Shown here: piece after piece, positions 1-13,401 of the stretch
How the letters are laid out: each line of letters opens with the position of its first letter
How positions within the stretch are numbered: position 1 is the stretch's first letter
From: Eledone cirrhosa
Taxonomy: Eukaryota
DNA length: 64,000 nucleotides
Assembly (NCBI GenBank): GCA_964016885.1
Contig: OZ024743.1
Location: forward strand, 330,150,001-330,214,000
Direction: 5' to 3'
Translations under genes and position numbers: made by a program
The notes under the pieces: generated by a model
Told to the model about the DNA's origin: nothing
The model's database searches: none
What the model saw: the letters and a program-made list of their open reading frames with translations, nothing else

Positions 1-3000
1 ACAACAGTAACCTGTGCATAACTTCCTGAGTTGGTTCCCACAACAGTAACTTGTATATAACTTCCTGAGTTGGTTCCCACAACAGTAACTTGTATATAAC
101 TTCCTGAGTTGGTTCCCACAACAGTAACTTGTGTATAACTTCCTGAGTTGGTTCCCACAATAGTAACTTGTATATAACTTCCTGAGTTGGTTCCCACAAC
201 AGTAACTTGTGTATAACTTCCTGAGTTGGTACCCACAATAGTAACTTGTGTATAACTTCCTGAGTTGGTTCCCACAATAGTAACTTGTATATAACTTCCT
301 GAGTTGGTTCCCACAACAGTAACTTGTATATAACCTACTGAGTTGGTTCCCACAATAGTAACTTGTATATAACCTTTTGAGTTGGTTCCCACAATAGTAA
401 CTTGTGTATAACTTCCTGAGTTGGTTCCCACAATAGTAACTTGTATATAACTTACTGAGTTGGTTCCCACAACAGTAACTTGTATATAACCTACTGAGTT
501 GGTTCCCACAATAGTAACTTGTATATAACTTCCTGAGTTGGTTCCCACAACAGTAACTTGTATATAACCTACTGAGTTGGTTCCCACAATAGTAACTTGT
601 ATATAACTTCCTGAGTTGGTTCCCACAATAGTAACTTGTGTATAACTTCCTGAGTTGGTTCCCACAATAGTAACTTGTATATAACTTACTGAGTTGGTTC
701 CCACAACAGTAACTTGTATATAACCTACTGAGTTGGTTCCCACAATAGTAACTTGTATATAACTTCCTGAGTTGGTTCCCACAACAGTAACTTGTATATA
801 ATCTACTGAGTTGGTTCCCACAATAGTAACTTGTATATAACCTGCTGAGTTGGTTCCCACAATAGTAACTTGTATATAACCTGCTGAGTTGGTTCCCACA
901 ATAGTAACTTGTGTATAACTTCCTGAGTTGGTTCCCACAATAGTAACTTGTATATAACTTCCTGAGTTGGTTCCCACAACAGTAACTTGTGTATAACTTC
1001 CTGAGTTGGTTCCCACAACAGTAACTTGTGTATAACTTCCTGAGTTGGTTCCCACAATAGTAACTTGTATATAACTTCCTGAGTTGGTTCCCACAACGGT
1101 AACTTGTGTATAACTTCCTGAGTTGGTACCCACAATAGTAACTTGTGTATAACTTCCTGAGTTGGTTCCCACAATAGTAACTTGTATATAACTTCCTGAG
1201 TTGGTTCCCACAACAGTAACTTGTATATAACCTACTGAGTTGGTTCCCACAATAGTAACTTGTATATAACTTGCTGAGTTGGTTCCCACAATAGTAACTT
1301 GTGTATAACTTCCTGAGTTGGTTTCCACAATAGTAACTTGTATATAACTTCCTGAGTTGGTTCCCACAACAGTAACTTGTATATAACCTACTGAGTTGGT
1401 TCCCACAATAGTAACTTGTATATAACTTCCTGAGTTGGTTCCCACAACAGTAACTTGTATATAACCACCTGAGTTCGTTCCCACAATAGTAACTTGTATA
1501 TAACTTACTGAGTTGGTTCCCACAATAGTAACTTGTATATAACCTACTGAGTTGGTTCCCACAATAGTAACTTGTGTATAACTTCCTGAGTTGGTTCCCA
1601 CAATAGTAACTTGTATATAACTTCCTGAGTTGGTTCCCACAACAGTAACTTGTGTATAACTTCCTGAGTTGGTTCCCACAACAGTAACTTGTATATAACC
1701 TACTGAGTTGGTTCCCACAATAGTAACTTGTATATAACTTCCTGAGTTGGTTCCCACAACAGTAACTTGTATATAACCTACTGAGTTGGTTCCCACAATA
1801 GTAACTTGTATATAACCTACTGAGTTGGTTCCCACAATAGTAACTTGTATATAACCTACTGAGTTGGGTCCCACAATAGTAACTTGTGTATAACTTCCTG
1901 AGTTGGTTCCCACAATAGTAACTTGTATATAACTTCCTAAGTTGGTTCCCACAACAGTAACTTGTGTATAACTTCCTGAGTTGGTTCCCACAACAGTAAC
2001 TTGTGTATAACTTCCTGAGTTGGTTCCCACAATAGTAACTTGTATATAACTTCCTGAGTTGGTTCCCACAACAGTAACTTGTGTATAACTTCCTGAGTTG
2101 GTACCCACAATAGTAACTTGTGTATAACTTCCTGAGTTGGTTCCCACAATAGTAACTTGTATATAACTTCCTGAGTTGGTTCCCACAACAGTAACTTGTA
2201 TATAACCTACTGAGTTGGTTCCCACAATAGTAACTTGTATATAACTTCCTGAGTTGGTTCCCACAATAGTAACTTGTGTATAACTTCCTGAGTTGGTTCC
2301 CACAATAGTAACTTGTATATAACTTACTGAGTTGGTTCCCACAACAGTAACTTGTATATAACCTACTGAGTTGGTTCCCACAATAGTAACTTGTATATAA
2401 CTTCCTGAGTTGGTTCCCACAACAGTAACTTGTATATAACCTACTGAGTTGGTTCCCACAATAGTAACTTGTATATAACCTGCTGAGTTGGTTCCCACAA
2501 TAGTAACTTGTATATAACCTGCTGAGTTGGTTCCCACAATAGTAACTTGTGTATAACTTCCTGAGTTGGTTCCCACAATAGTAACTTGTATATAACTTCC
2601 TGAGTTGGTTCCCACAACAGTAACTTGTGTATAACTTCCTGAGTTGGTTCCCACAACAGTAACTTGTGTATAACTTCCTGAGTTGGTTCCCACAATAGTA
2701 ACTTGTATATAACTTCCTGAGTTGGTTCCCACAACGGTAACTTGTGTATAACTTCCTGAGTTGGTACCCACAATAGTAACTTGTGTATAACTTCCTGAGT
2801 TGGTTCCCACAATAGTAACTTGTATATAACTTCCTGAGTTGGTTCCCACAACAGTAACTTGTATATAACCTACTGAGTTGGTTCCCACAATAGTAACTTG
2901 TATATAACCTGCTGAGTTGGTTCCCACAATAGTAACTTGTGTATAACTTCCTGAGTTGGTTTCCACAATAGTAACTTGTATATAACTTCCTGAGTTGGTT

Positions 3001-6000
3001 CCCACAACAGTAACTTGTATATAACCTACTGAGTTGGTTCCCACAATAGTAACTTGTATATAACTTCCTGAGTTGGTTCCCACAACAGTAACTTGTATAT
3101 AACCACCTGAGTTCGTTCCCACAATAGTAACTTGTATATAACTTACTGAGTTGGTTCCCACAATAGTAACTTGTATATAACCTACTGAGTTGGTTCCCAC
3201 AATAGTAACTTGTGTATAACTTCCTGAGTTGGTTCCCACAATAGTAACTTGTATATAACTTCCTGAGTTGGTTCCCACAACAGTAACTTGTGTATAACTT
3301 CCTGAGTTGGTTCCCACAACAGTAACTTGTGTATAACTTCCTGAGTTGGTTCCCACAATAGTAACTTGTATATAACTTCCTGAGTTGGTTCCCACAACAG
3401 TAACTTGTATATAACTTCCTGAGTTGGTTCCCACAACAGTAACTTGTGTATAACTTCCTGAGTTGGTTCCCACAATAGTAACTTGTATATAACTTCCTGA
3501 GTTGGTTCCCACAATAGTAACTTGTATATAACTTCCTGAGTTGGTACCCACAATAGTAACTTGTGTATAACTTCCTGAGTTGGTTCCCACAACAGTAACT
3601 TGTGTATAACTTCCTGAGTTGGTTCCCACAACAGTAACTTGTATATAACTTCTTGAGTTGGTTCCCACAATAGTAACTTGTGTATAACTTCCTGAGTTGG
3701 TTCCCACAATAGTAACTTGTATATAACTTCCTGAGTTGGTTCCCACAATAGTAACTTGTGTATAACTTCCTGAGTTGGTTCCCACAATAGTAACTTGTGT
3801 ATAACTTCCTGAGTTGGTTCCCACAACAGTAACTTGTGTATAACTTCCTGAGTTGGTTCCCACAATAGTAACTTGTATATAACTTCCTGAGTTGGTTCCC
3901 ACAACAGTAACTTGTGTATAACTTCCTGAGTTGGTACCCACAATAGTAACTTGTGTATAACTTCCTGAGTTGGTTCCCACAATAGTAACTTGTATATAAC
4001 TTCCTGAGTTGGTTCCCACAACAGTAACTTGTATATAACCTACTGAGTTGGTTCCCACAATAGTAACTTGTATATAACTTCCTGAGTTGGTTCCCACAAT
4101 AGTAACTTGTGTATAACTTCCTGAGTTGGTTCCCACAATAGTAACTTGTATATAACTTACTGAGTTGGTTCCCACAACAGTAACTTGTATATAACCTACT
4201 GAGTTGGTTCCCACAATAGTAACTTGTATATAACTTCCTGAGTTGGTTCCCACAACAGTAACTTGTATATAACCTACTGAGTTGGTTCCCACAATAGTAA
4301 CTTGTATATAACCTGCTGAGTTGGTTCCCACAATAGTAACTTGTATATAACCTGCTGAGTTGGTTCCCACAATAGTAACTTGTGTATAACTTCCTGAGTT
4401 GGTTCCCACAATAGTAACTTGTATATAACTTCCTGAGTTGGTTCCCACAACAGTAACTTGTGTATAACTTCCTGAGTTGGTTCCCACAACAGTAACTTGT
4501 GTATAACTTCCTGAGTTGGTTCCCACAATAGTAACTTGTATATAACTTCCTGAGTTGGTTCCCACAACGGTAACTTGTGTATAACTTCCTGAGTTGGTAC
4601 CCACAATAGTAACTTGTGTATAACTTCCTGAGTTGGTTCCCACAATAGTAACTTGTATATAACTTCCTGAGTTGGTTCCCACAACAGTAACTTGTATATA
4701 ACCTACTGAGTTGGTTCCCACAATAGTAACTTGTATATAACCTGCTGAGTTGGTTCCCACAATAGTAACTTGTGTATAACTTCCTGAGTTGGTTTCCACA
4801 ATAGTAACTTGTATATAACTTCCTGAGTTGGTTCCCACAACAGTAACTTGTATATAACCTACTGAGTTGGTTCCCACAATAGTAACTTGTATATAACTTC
4901 CTGAGTTGGTTCCCACAACAGTAACTTGTATATAACCACCTGAGTTCGTTCCCACAATAGTAACTTGTATATAACTTACTGAGTTGGTTCCCACAATAGT
5001 AACTTGTATATAACTTCCTGAGTTGGTTCCCACAACAGTAACTTGTGTATAACTTCCTGAGTTGGTTCCCACAACAGTAACTTGTGTATAACTTCCTGAG
5101 TTGGTTCCCACAATAGTAACTTGTATATAACTTCCTGAGTTGGTTCCCACAACAGTAACTTGTATATAACTTCCTGAGTTGGTTCCCACAACAGTAACTT
5201 GTGTATAACTTCCTGAGTTGGTTCCCACAATAGTAACTTGTATATAACTTCCTGAGTTGGTTCCCACAATAGTAACTTGTATATAACTTCCTGAGTTGGT
5301 ACCCACAATAGTAACTTGTGTATAACTTCCTGAGTTGGTTCCCACAACAGTAACTTGTGTATAACTTCCTGAGTTGGTTCCCACAACAGTAACTTGTATA
5401 TAACTTCTTGAGTTGGTTCCCACAATAGTAACTTGTGTATAACTTCCTGAGTTGGTTCCCACAATAGTAACTTGTATATAACTTCCTGAGTTGGTTCCCA
5501 CAATAGTAACTTGTGTATAACTTCCTGAGTTGGTTCCCACAATAGTAACTTGTATATAACTTCCTGAGTTGGTTCCCACAACAGTAACTTGTGTATAACT
5601 TCCTGAGTTGGTTCCCACAACAGTAACTTGTATATAACTTCCTGAGTTGGTTCCCACAATAGTAACTTGTGTATAACTTCCTGAGTTGGTTCCCACAACA
5701 GTAACTTGTATATAACTTCCTGAGTTGGTTCCCACAATAGTAACTTGTGTATAACTTCCTGAGTTGGTTCCCACAATAGTAACTTGTATATAACTTCCTG
5801 GGTTGGTTCCCACAACAGTAACCTGTGTATAACTTCCTGAGTTGGTTCCCACAATAGTAACTTGTGTATAATTTCCTGAGTTGGTTCCCACAACAGTAAC
5901 TTGTATATAACTTCCTGAGTTGGTTCCCACAATAGTAACTTGTGTATAACATCCTGAGTTGGTTCCCACAATACTAACTTGTGTATAACTTGCTGAGTTG

Positions 6001-6347
6001 GTTCCCACAATAGTAACTTGTGTATAACTTCCTGAGTTGGTTCCCACAATAGTAACTTGTATATAACTTCCTGAGTTGGTTCCCACAATAGTAACTTGTG
6101 TATAACTTGCTGAGTTGGTTCCCACAATAGTAACTTGTATATAACCTACTGAGTTGGTTCCCACAACAGTAACTTGTGTATAACTTGCTGAGTTGGTTCC
6201 CACAACAGTAACTTGTATATAACTTCCTGAGTTGGTTCCCACAACAGTAACTTGTGTATAACTTGCTGAGTTGGTTCCCACAACAGTAACTTGTATATAA
6301 CTTCCTGAGTTGGTTCCCACAACAGTAACTTGTGTATAACTTGCTGC
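1..6347. repeat. 39-bp minisatellite array (~163 units, runs off the window start), consensus GAGTTGGTTCCCACAAYAGTAACTTGTRTATAACTTCCT
   Basis: Direct tandem periodicity of 39 bp. Stop positions of the repeat-derived ORFs (803, 2441, 3182, 4274, 4976) differ by exact multiples of 39. Confidence 0.98.
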
Positions 6348-6875
6348 TTACTTCTCCAGTAATGTCTTCCGAATCATAACTGTCTTTGAGCAATTGTAGT
6401 TGTTATCTTGGGCAAGTTTCCATATAAACTTTCATTTGTAATACATTGACACCAGTTTATGCTCTGTACAAATCTAAGCATTTTAATGCCGTCACCTTCC
6501 AGTTTCTTCTCAAGTGCTTATGTCAGATTATATTTTCCAATGATACTAAAATGACACTTCTGTTTCACTGAATAGTTGTATAGGCAGTCACCTTGTTAAC
6601 TCCAGGCATCAGCCGGCTACAATGTAATCAATTTTAGTCTGGATTAGTCCAGTATGTAGAAGTATTCTTGTTGTTGAAGCTGTTTCTCTGCTGTTGTTAT
6701 TGTTCTTTACAGTCATTTTAGTCACGGGAATATTGTGTAGTTCTGCTGATATAATATAAACATGCGACTGTATTGTAGCCAAGTTGTTATTGTCAGAAGT
6801 TTATTAAATATTCATGAAGCTCTATTGTAGTCAAGTTCATATCGTCACTGGGATTTATAGGTTTATATATGTATG

Positions 6876-6937
<62 letters not shown>

Positions 6938-7044
6938 TGTATGTATGTATGTATGTATGTATGTTATCTCTTTCTCTTAATTTCGAGTATATTTTTTTGA
7001 CCGGCCACCTTCCTGGTGGCAAGGTTGTAAAAGAAAAGAAATTG

Positions 7045-10000
7045 TCATCCCTTGAATCGCAAGAATGTTTTGCAAATTTTGAAGGTGCCAGCTATCGCAG
7101 CCATTTGTAGACTATGAATTAGGGAGCTGCGCTTTTTGTCTGCAAATCCAAGTTCAGTCATACTTTGGTCCAAGCAGGTTGGTATATAACCCGTAGCTCC
7201 AATAATGATGGGTATGGAGCTAAAGGTGTATCTTGGATACTGGATTTGTAAACTCCTCATCAATGGTCCGTAGATGTCCTCCTTCTCCTGTATTTTTCTG
7301 ACAACGTTGACATCAAGTGGGCAGCTGATCTCCACAACAGAACACGTTTTCAATGTGTGGTCCCAAACAACAATATCAGGCCGGTTGTGCTTTAATTTGG
7401 TGGCAGTTTTTATTTTCAGGTTCCACCAGTATTCCTTAGTGCCATCTGTCTCAATATATTCTTCCTCGTTTGTTGTTAATTTTGTTTTCCGAAGTGCGTT
7501 CCAGATGGTTCTAGCTATCCCATCGTGTCTCATGGGGAGGTAGTAGCGAGATGACATTCCTTCGCAGCTGGCAACAATGTGGCTTACATCCTCGATCTTT
7601 GTTTTACATAGCCTACATTTATTGTCAGCTGCTGGCTCTCCCCTTTTGTGCAGCAGATATTTGGTAGGGAGTTCTTGTTCCTGTATTGCATAAAGATATC
7701 CCTCAAGGTGTGATGTTATAAATTTGTCGGTACTCCATGCCAGGCTTTTTGAGTGATTTATCCCCTCTATGGTCTGTGTTTTACGTCTCAAGTATCCATG
7801 CACAACTTTTTCTGTAAATTGGTCAATTTTTTCATCTTGTTTGAACATTGAATAGGATCTTCCGATTTCTCTGGGTGAGAGATTTATATCAGGCTTTATT
7901 CCATATCTCTCCTCCAGATCAGTCGCTATTCTAATGATATTTTTTGTTCATGCTCATAAACCTGGGCAAGATGGTTGCCAACCTTTTTCCTCCGTTGAAG
8001 GTGTTACTTCAGCGTTACTATCCGGGTCTCATATGTTGTTAATATGGATTTTAGACCCTGGCCACCTTCCTTGCGTGAGAAGTATAGCCTATCCACATCA
8101 CCATTGATGTTAAAGTTCCCAGTAACACTGAGAAGTTTGCGAATTCTAACATCCATCTCACTTAGTTCTTGCAATGACCATTCAGCAGGCCAAATATTGG
8201 CGTTAGAATTGGCACAGCATAAGTATTGTGGGCAATGTATTTGTTGTACGCTGACAGTTCTGATGACCATATTTTCTTTACTCTTCTGAGGTATTCAGTT
8301 CTGGTTATCTCCTTATTTATGGGTCCATCATATCTGACATTCTCATCCTGTCCAAGATATCTGTAGTGTCACCTGACTGCAGAGGTTGTATTGTCAGGCC
8401 GTTCATCTCTAGATGTCTAGAGGAGGGCACAGCTCTTCCACGTTTTACTGCCAAATATGCACACTTGGACTCACCAAATTTCATTTTGATGTCTGTTGAA
8501 AATTGTGTAATGAGGTCCAATTGTTTCTTGATGTCATTGATATTTGGTCCATACAACTTCAGGTCATCAACAAAGAAAATATGGGAGATACTTCTGGACC
8601 CACTTCTTTGTCCACCTTGTTTCCTGAGTAGGTAAGATAGTGGATTTAGTGAGAGAACGAAGAGTATCACTGACAAGCTATCACCCTGAAAGATGCCCTT
8701 CTGGTAATGTATCTTATCAGTCTTAACTTGCTCCTCCTCACCTCTAAGGATCAAATTGGTGTACCAGTTCTTGGTCAGGCGTTCAACAGCAGCTACCAAT
8801 GGTTGTGGGACTTTGGCTAACTGTAAAGCCTTAATAATCCACCCATGAGGTACACTATCAAATGCTTTTTATAGTCCAGTCACACCACAGTCATGTTTCT
8901 GCGATTCTTTGTTTTTCCTGAATCATTTTATTAGTTAGTAGGTGATCTATGCAACCCCACATATCCCTCTTTCCACCAGCTTGCTCAGATGTTATGATGT
9001 TGTTGGAAGCACAGTGATTCTGTAAGAACAGGTTAAGGCACCCAGTATATAATTTATACATGATGTTTTGGCAGGCTATTGGGTGGTAATTTTTAGCAAG
9101 GGTGGTTTGGTTATTTTGGGGAATGAGGAGAGTAGTGGCAGTTGATAATCATCTGGGCAGTTCTTGTGTGCCTTTAATGGTTTCTGTAAACAGCCGTATG
9201 AGATCTTGCCGGTAGAAAGTGAAATTCTTCAACTAGTATCCTGTCATGAGGTCTGGGCCTGGTGATTTCCTATTCGACATTTTCTGTAGAGCTGTTTTCA
9301 GTATTGACCCATCTATGTCATATTGTTTTGTCTGGACATGTTGGCAGTAGTCCTGTTCCAGTTCTTTTAGCCAATTAGTTTGTCTGTTGAATCCGTCATC
9401 CGTTTCCCATACAGATCTCCAGTAGCTCTCAACCTGTTCTTTTGAAGGGGTGTCATTTACATGGATTGAGCTTTTGCCACCGAAGCTGCGATAAACTGAT
9501 TTAGGATCTCTGGCAAACAATCTATTTAGCACTTGTCGTTTATGTGCTGTTGACTTATATTTTAGTCTTTCTGTTGTAGCTGTGAGTTGTTGTTTCAACT
9601 GGTGTAATTTGGAGTTCAATGTTTTAAATTTTGTATCTCTAAATCGTCTCTAACTTTTTTTTTAGGTTTTCCTGTTGTCGTGTGAAGTTGCTGTCTATGT
9701 TGCATTTCATAACGACTGCGATGTATAAGATACTTCGTCTCAGGGACAAAATTTTGCTTTTTAAATTTCGCATCCACGCTGGTTCAGGCTTTTTGTTTGT
9801 ATCTTGATTGCGTGGTTTTAGATGTGTGTTATATGATAGCAATGTGACAGCTGAAATATATAACAAAATATTAAGCGTCTCAAATGTCGTTTCTACACCT
9901 TTAGATTGTATAGCCTTCAGATAATTGCCAGCTATTTCGTTCACCGCTTCCAATTCCAATTTAGTGGGTTCTTTACTGATTCTGGTGTTGTATGGTCTGT

Positions 10001-10498
10001 CACTCACATTAAGGCTGTGTATCTCTTGAAACATATCGTCTCATATCACTTGTAAGGTGTCCACAAGTTTTTGGTGATCTGTTTGTACAGTAAAGTCATG
10101 AATTTCAGCCTCGTTGTTGATATGGTGACAATTACTACTAGAGTTAGCTGACCATTCTCGTTCTTCTTCAGTGGAAGTGGGATGGATTTCAGCAAAATTG
10201 TTGGTGAGCTGTTTGTTCACTGTTAGATTTAGCTGGCCATTCTCTTTGTCTGTCAGTGGAGGTGGGGCGGTTGTCTACATATAATGATACGTTTTGCCTG
10301 TTCATTTAAATGCTTTGGTGAAAAGTCTAATTCTGGGTGTTTGGAGTTCCATAAAGTTTTTAGCCTTTGCATAAAACCGAACTTTTAGGGTTCAGATTGT
10401 TTGTATGCTTCATATAATTCTTTGTTAAGCTCGTAGCTCCACTGTACACAACGGTTGTAGTTGCGATTTGGTCGAAGGAGACTTGTACGTTTTGCCAT
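7045..10498 (-). pseudogene. Frameshifted and stop-interrupted RT-RLE polyprotein of the R4-like element
   Basis: Probable start ATG at 10498 (MAKRTSLLRPNRNYNRCVQWSYELNKELY). Colinear fragments at 9639-10034, 9233-9619, 8317-8799, 8004-8270 and 7045-7848. Confidence 0.85.
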
Positions 10499-10699
10499 GA
10501 TGAGTTCGTCTATTCACTAATATTTCGTATTTATTTTTCAAAATAGTCGATGATCTTTAAAAGTTTCGACAAAGTTCTGTCAGAATCAAATTTAAAGTTA
10601 TTCACAGCTTGGGTAATATTTCTTTTCAGTTAGTTTTTAATTCTACAACTGTGTTTTAAACGTTGTTCTTGAATCGTTTGAATCGAGAACAAAAAGAAC

Positions 10700-10995
10700 C
10701 GTTACTTAGTATTTCTTTATGAATGTAATATAATATAACAACGCTGTATTTATATGTTAAAGTTTATGTATCATTCATATAAATAGGTGTTCTACAACTT
10801 ATTCACAACATATTCACAGTTCAAACATTCATGTTTTTGTTTCTGAATCGAAAACGTTACTTATATATTTCTTTATAAATGTAATATAACAACGTTGCAT
10901 TTATATGTTAAAGTGTATGTATCGTTCATATATCATAAGTGTATGTATCGTTCATATAAATAGGTGTTTTACAACACACAGTTCAAACACTTATG
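10700..10995. repeat. Imperfect ~155-bp tandem duplication in the 5' UTR of the R4-like element
   Basis: CGTTACTTA...TTTATATGTTAAAGT...AAATAGGTGTT occurs at ~10700 and ~10855. Confidence 0.75.
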
Positions 10996-11203
10996 TAGAA
11001 TTATTGTATGTAATCTTACCGCGTAATGTAGCTCAACTTTTTCCAATATATGGTATGTTGCCTTCATGTAAGCCGTAATTACACACGTCCGATTAACGGA
11101 CACTGACCACAACGGTCGCCATTGTATGTATGTATGTATGTATTTTTGTATGTATGTATGTATGTATGTATGTATGTATGTATGTATGTATGTATGTATG
11201 TAT

Positions 11204-11563
11204 GTGCCGTGAAGCTTTTATAGTGAGCAAAGGCACTGCACAAAGCCAGTCCCACTCTCTTAACCAAGATGATATTTACCAAAAAGAAGAACAAGTCAAC
11301 ATCATTGGATACCATCAGAGTTGCAGGTGTTATATCAGAGTTTTCCTTCTCCTAGAATTCTGCATTGCTTTATATCTGGAGATCTCTCTGCACTTGTCGT
11401 CACATGGTACCATGTGTCAATAATTGTCACAGGTGTAGTGCTTGTACCAGAGTTTTCAAGTCGATGGCTGGACTAAAGTCCCATTCGTTCAGCGCATCGG
11501 TAGGAGTTCTCCTACATGGATATAAAGTAGTGGCCGTACTCGAAAACGAGTTGGCAGCCACCA
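11204..11563 (+). mobile_element. 5'-truncated, 5'-inverted copy of the bipartite RTE-derived element
   Basis: 11361-11563 matches 28763-28980 directly. 11204-11360 is the reverse complement of the adjacent upstream part (~28610-28759). (ATGT)n tail follows. Confidence 0.85.
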
Positions 11564-12163
11564 TGTATGTATGTATGTATGTATGTATGTATGTATGTAT
11601 GTATGTATGTATGTATGTATGTATGTGAGTGTATGCAAACCGTAAATGGAAAACAACACAGCAAACGATACGGAATAATGAATATGAATATATATATATA
11701 GGTTGTGTCTCTGAGCATGTTGCTCCATTTCCCCCTGCTGGAGGAAAGGAGTTGACGACACTGGTGCCAAGCTAGGTGCAAAACACATGGTCATTCGCGA
11801 CTGAAGAGGGTTATATATATATATGTGTGTGTGTGCGTGAGTGTGTGTATATATATATATATATGTACATATATATATATACAGTATATGTATAACTGGA
11901 CAAAAAAGAAAAACGAACACAGACATATGCATGTATGCGTTCAAATCGTAATGGACCAGAAACGCTAAGGTGAAAAAAATACTAACTATAGACAATAGGC
12001 TTTGCTAGACTCAATTTAAGAATAAATCCAGAAAAATAAATACAAAGCCAGTATTGTAGTTATACTATACGGCTCGGAAAAACCTTTTTCCTAGAGCTAA
12101 TGTTACTGTAACGAAACTATTCTAACTCAATACATGCTTTTGATATATATATATATATACATT

Positions 12164-12832
12164 AATATATCCACATATATCCCTGAATTTGTGGTATATC
12201 TTATTAATTATATCTAATGTTTCTTCTTTCTTTATAATGTATTATATAGCTCTGATACTGAATCAATCTAATCCATTCGGATTATTTTGTCCCAGTTATT
12301 CATAGAGCAACATCGGTTGAGGTTGGCACCACAAATTCAGGGATATATGTGGATATATTCATGTATATGTATGTGTCCGCATGTATCTGTGTGTTTCTTT
12401 ATATTGTTTATAACTCCCTATGGTAGAGTAACCATTGAAGTGTAGTGACTGCAGGAAAGCTTATCATTACTCATACTTCTCGCCATCCTAACCATCTCTT
12501 CCACGGCTTTGATATAAGTACCCCCTCCGCCTTTGTGGTATTTTTTTTCTTGGTTGTAAGAGGCTTAGCTCTGTTTCTTGACCGCTGTATCACGTGATTG
12601 ACTCCCCCTCCGCCTTTCGGGATTCTATCTCGCGTCCTACGGATGTGTTTTGAAACTCTAAATGAGGTATCCTCTTGATAAGTCGGCAAACCTCACAAAA
12701 ATACTGTATCTCTGTGATGTAGTGTTTTTGCATAATATGCCACGAAACTACGTAGTCGAGGACTAATAAAGGAATTTGGGTATGGTATATCTTATTAATT
12801 ATATCTAATGTTTCTTCTTTCTTTATAATGTA
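12164..12832 (+). mobile_element. Degenerate PLE/retrozyme-like unit: ~590-bp direct repeat, 32-bp inverted repeat and degenerate HHR
   Basis: TGGTATATCTTATTAATTATATCTAATG... at 12192 and 12783. Inverted pair 12164-12195 / 12328-12359. GAAACTACGTAGTC followed by AATAAA at 12744-12770. Confidence 0.45.
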
Positions 12833-12949
12833 TATATATATATATATGTGTATATAAAACACTAATGGGATGTGACATCTTTACCCTAGCCTTCGGTCGT
12901 CCAAAACCTTGTGGGTGAAAAATGCGGGATGAAAACTAAGTGGAAGGCC

Positions 12950-13180
12950 GCCTAATAGGCTGTGTTGTTAGAACGTCAGATAGAATGCTTTGCATTATTC
13001 GTTCCTTCTCTCTGCTCTCTCAGTTTAAATCTGGCTGAGGTCGAAAACAAAGTACCTGTCTACTACTGGAGTCAATTCTCCCTCTATATATCTTTCTCAC
13101 TCTATATTCTTCTCTGGAAGAAATCTGGAGTATTCAGACCTGGAGAGGGATGGGTTCCTTTAGGTTTTAAAATGCCCTAA
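12950..13180 (+). mobile_element. Diverged tRNA-derived SINE with extended tail
   Basis: Degenerate head and AAGTACC motif. Tail GTATTCAGACCTGGAG is shared, inverted, with the copy at ~31640-31920. Confidence 0.5.
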
Positions 13181-13348
13181 GAAACGCAGGTTTTCAATAT
13201 AGCGCCCCTGCGATTTGCTCAGGGAATACGTGTCCTTGCCATACTATAGTACGTGTCAGTGGAATACTCAGCCACTTACACATTAATTTGGGAAGTATTG
13301 CATTCAGTTGCTAGAATAATACTCAACGTTGGAACTGACGAAAGAAGC

Positions 13349-13401
<53 letters not shown>

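Larger units (their letters stand above)
6964..11123 (-). mobile_element. Non-LTR retrotransposon with restriction-like endonuclease (R4/Dong-like clade), near full length, disabled
   Basis: Minus-strand ORF fragments carry RT motifs (KGIFQGDSLS, SHIFFVDDLKLY, KSPGPD), a CCHC knuckle (CRLCKTKIEDVSHIVASC), RHD, and RLE motifs RPDIVV...EISCP...EKEDIY. Both ends abut (TATG)n. Confidence 0.9.

Noticed and set aside
803-6127. WEPTQEVIYKLLL ORFs
   Set aside because: This frame is repeatedly broken by TAG/TAA variants and the starts are TTG codons inside the repeat.
1-6347. CRISPR-like array
   Set aside because: No unique spacers, no cas genes, eukaryotic context.
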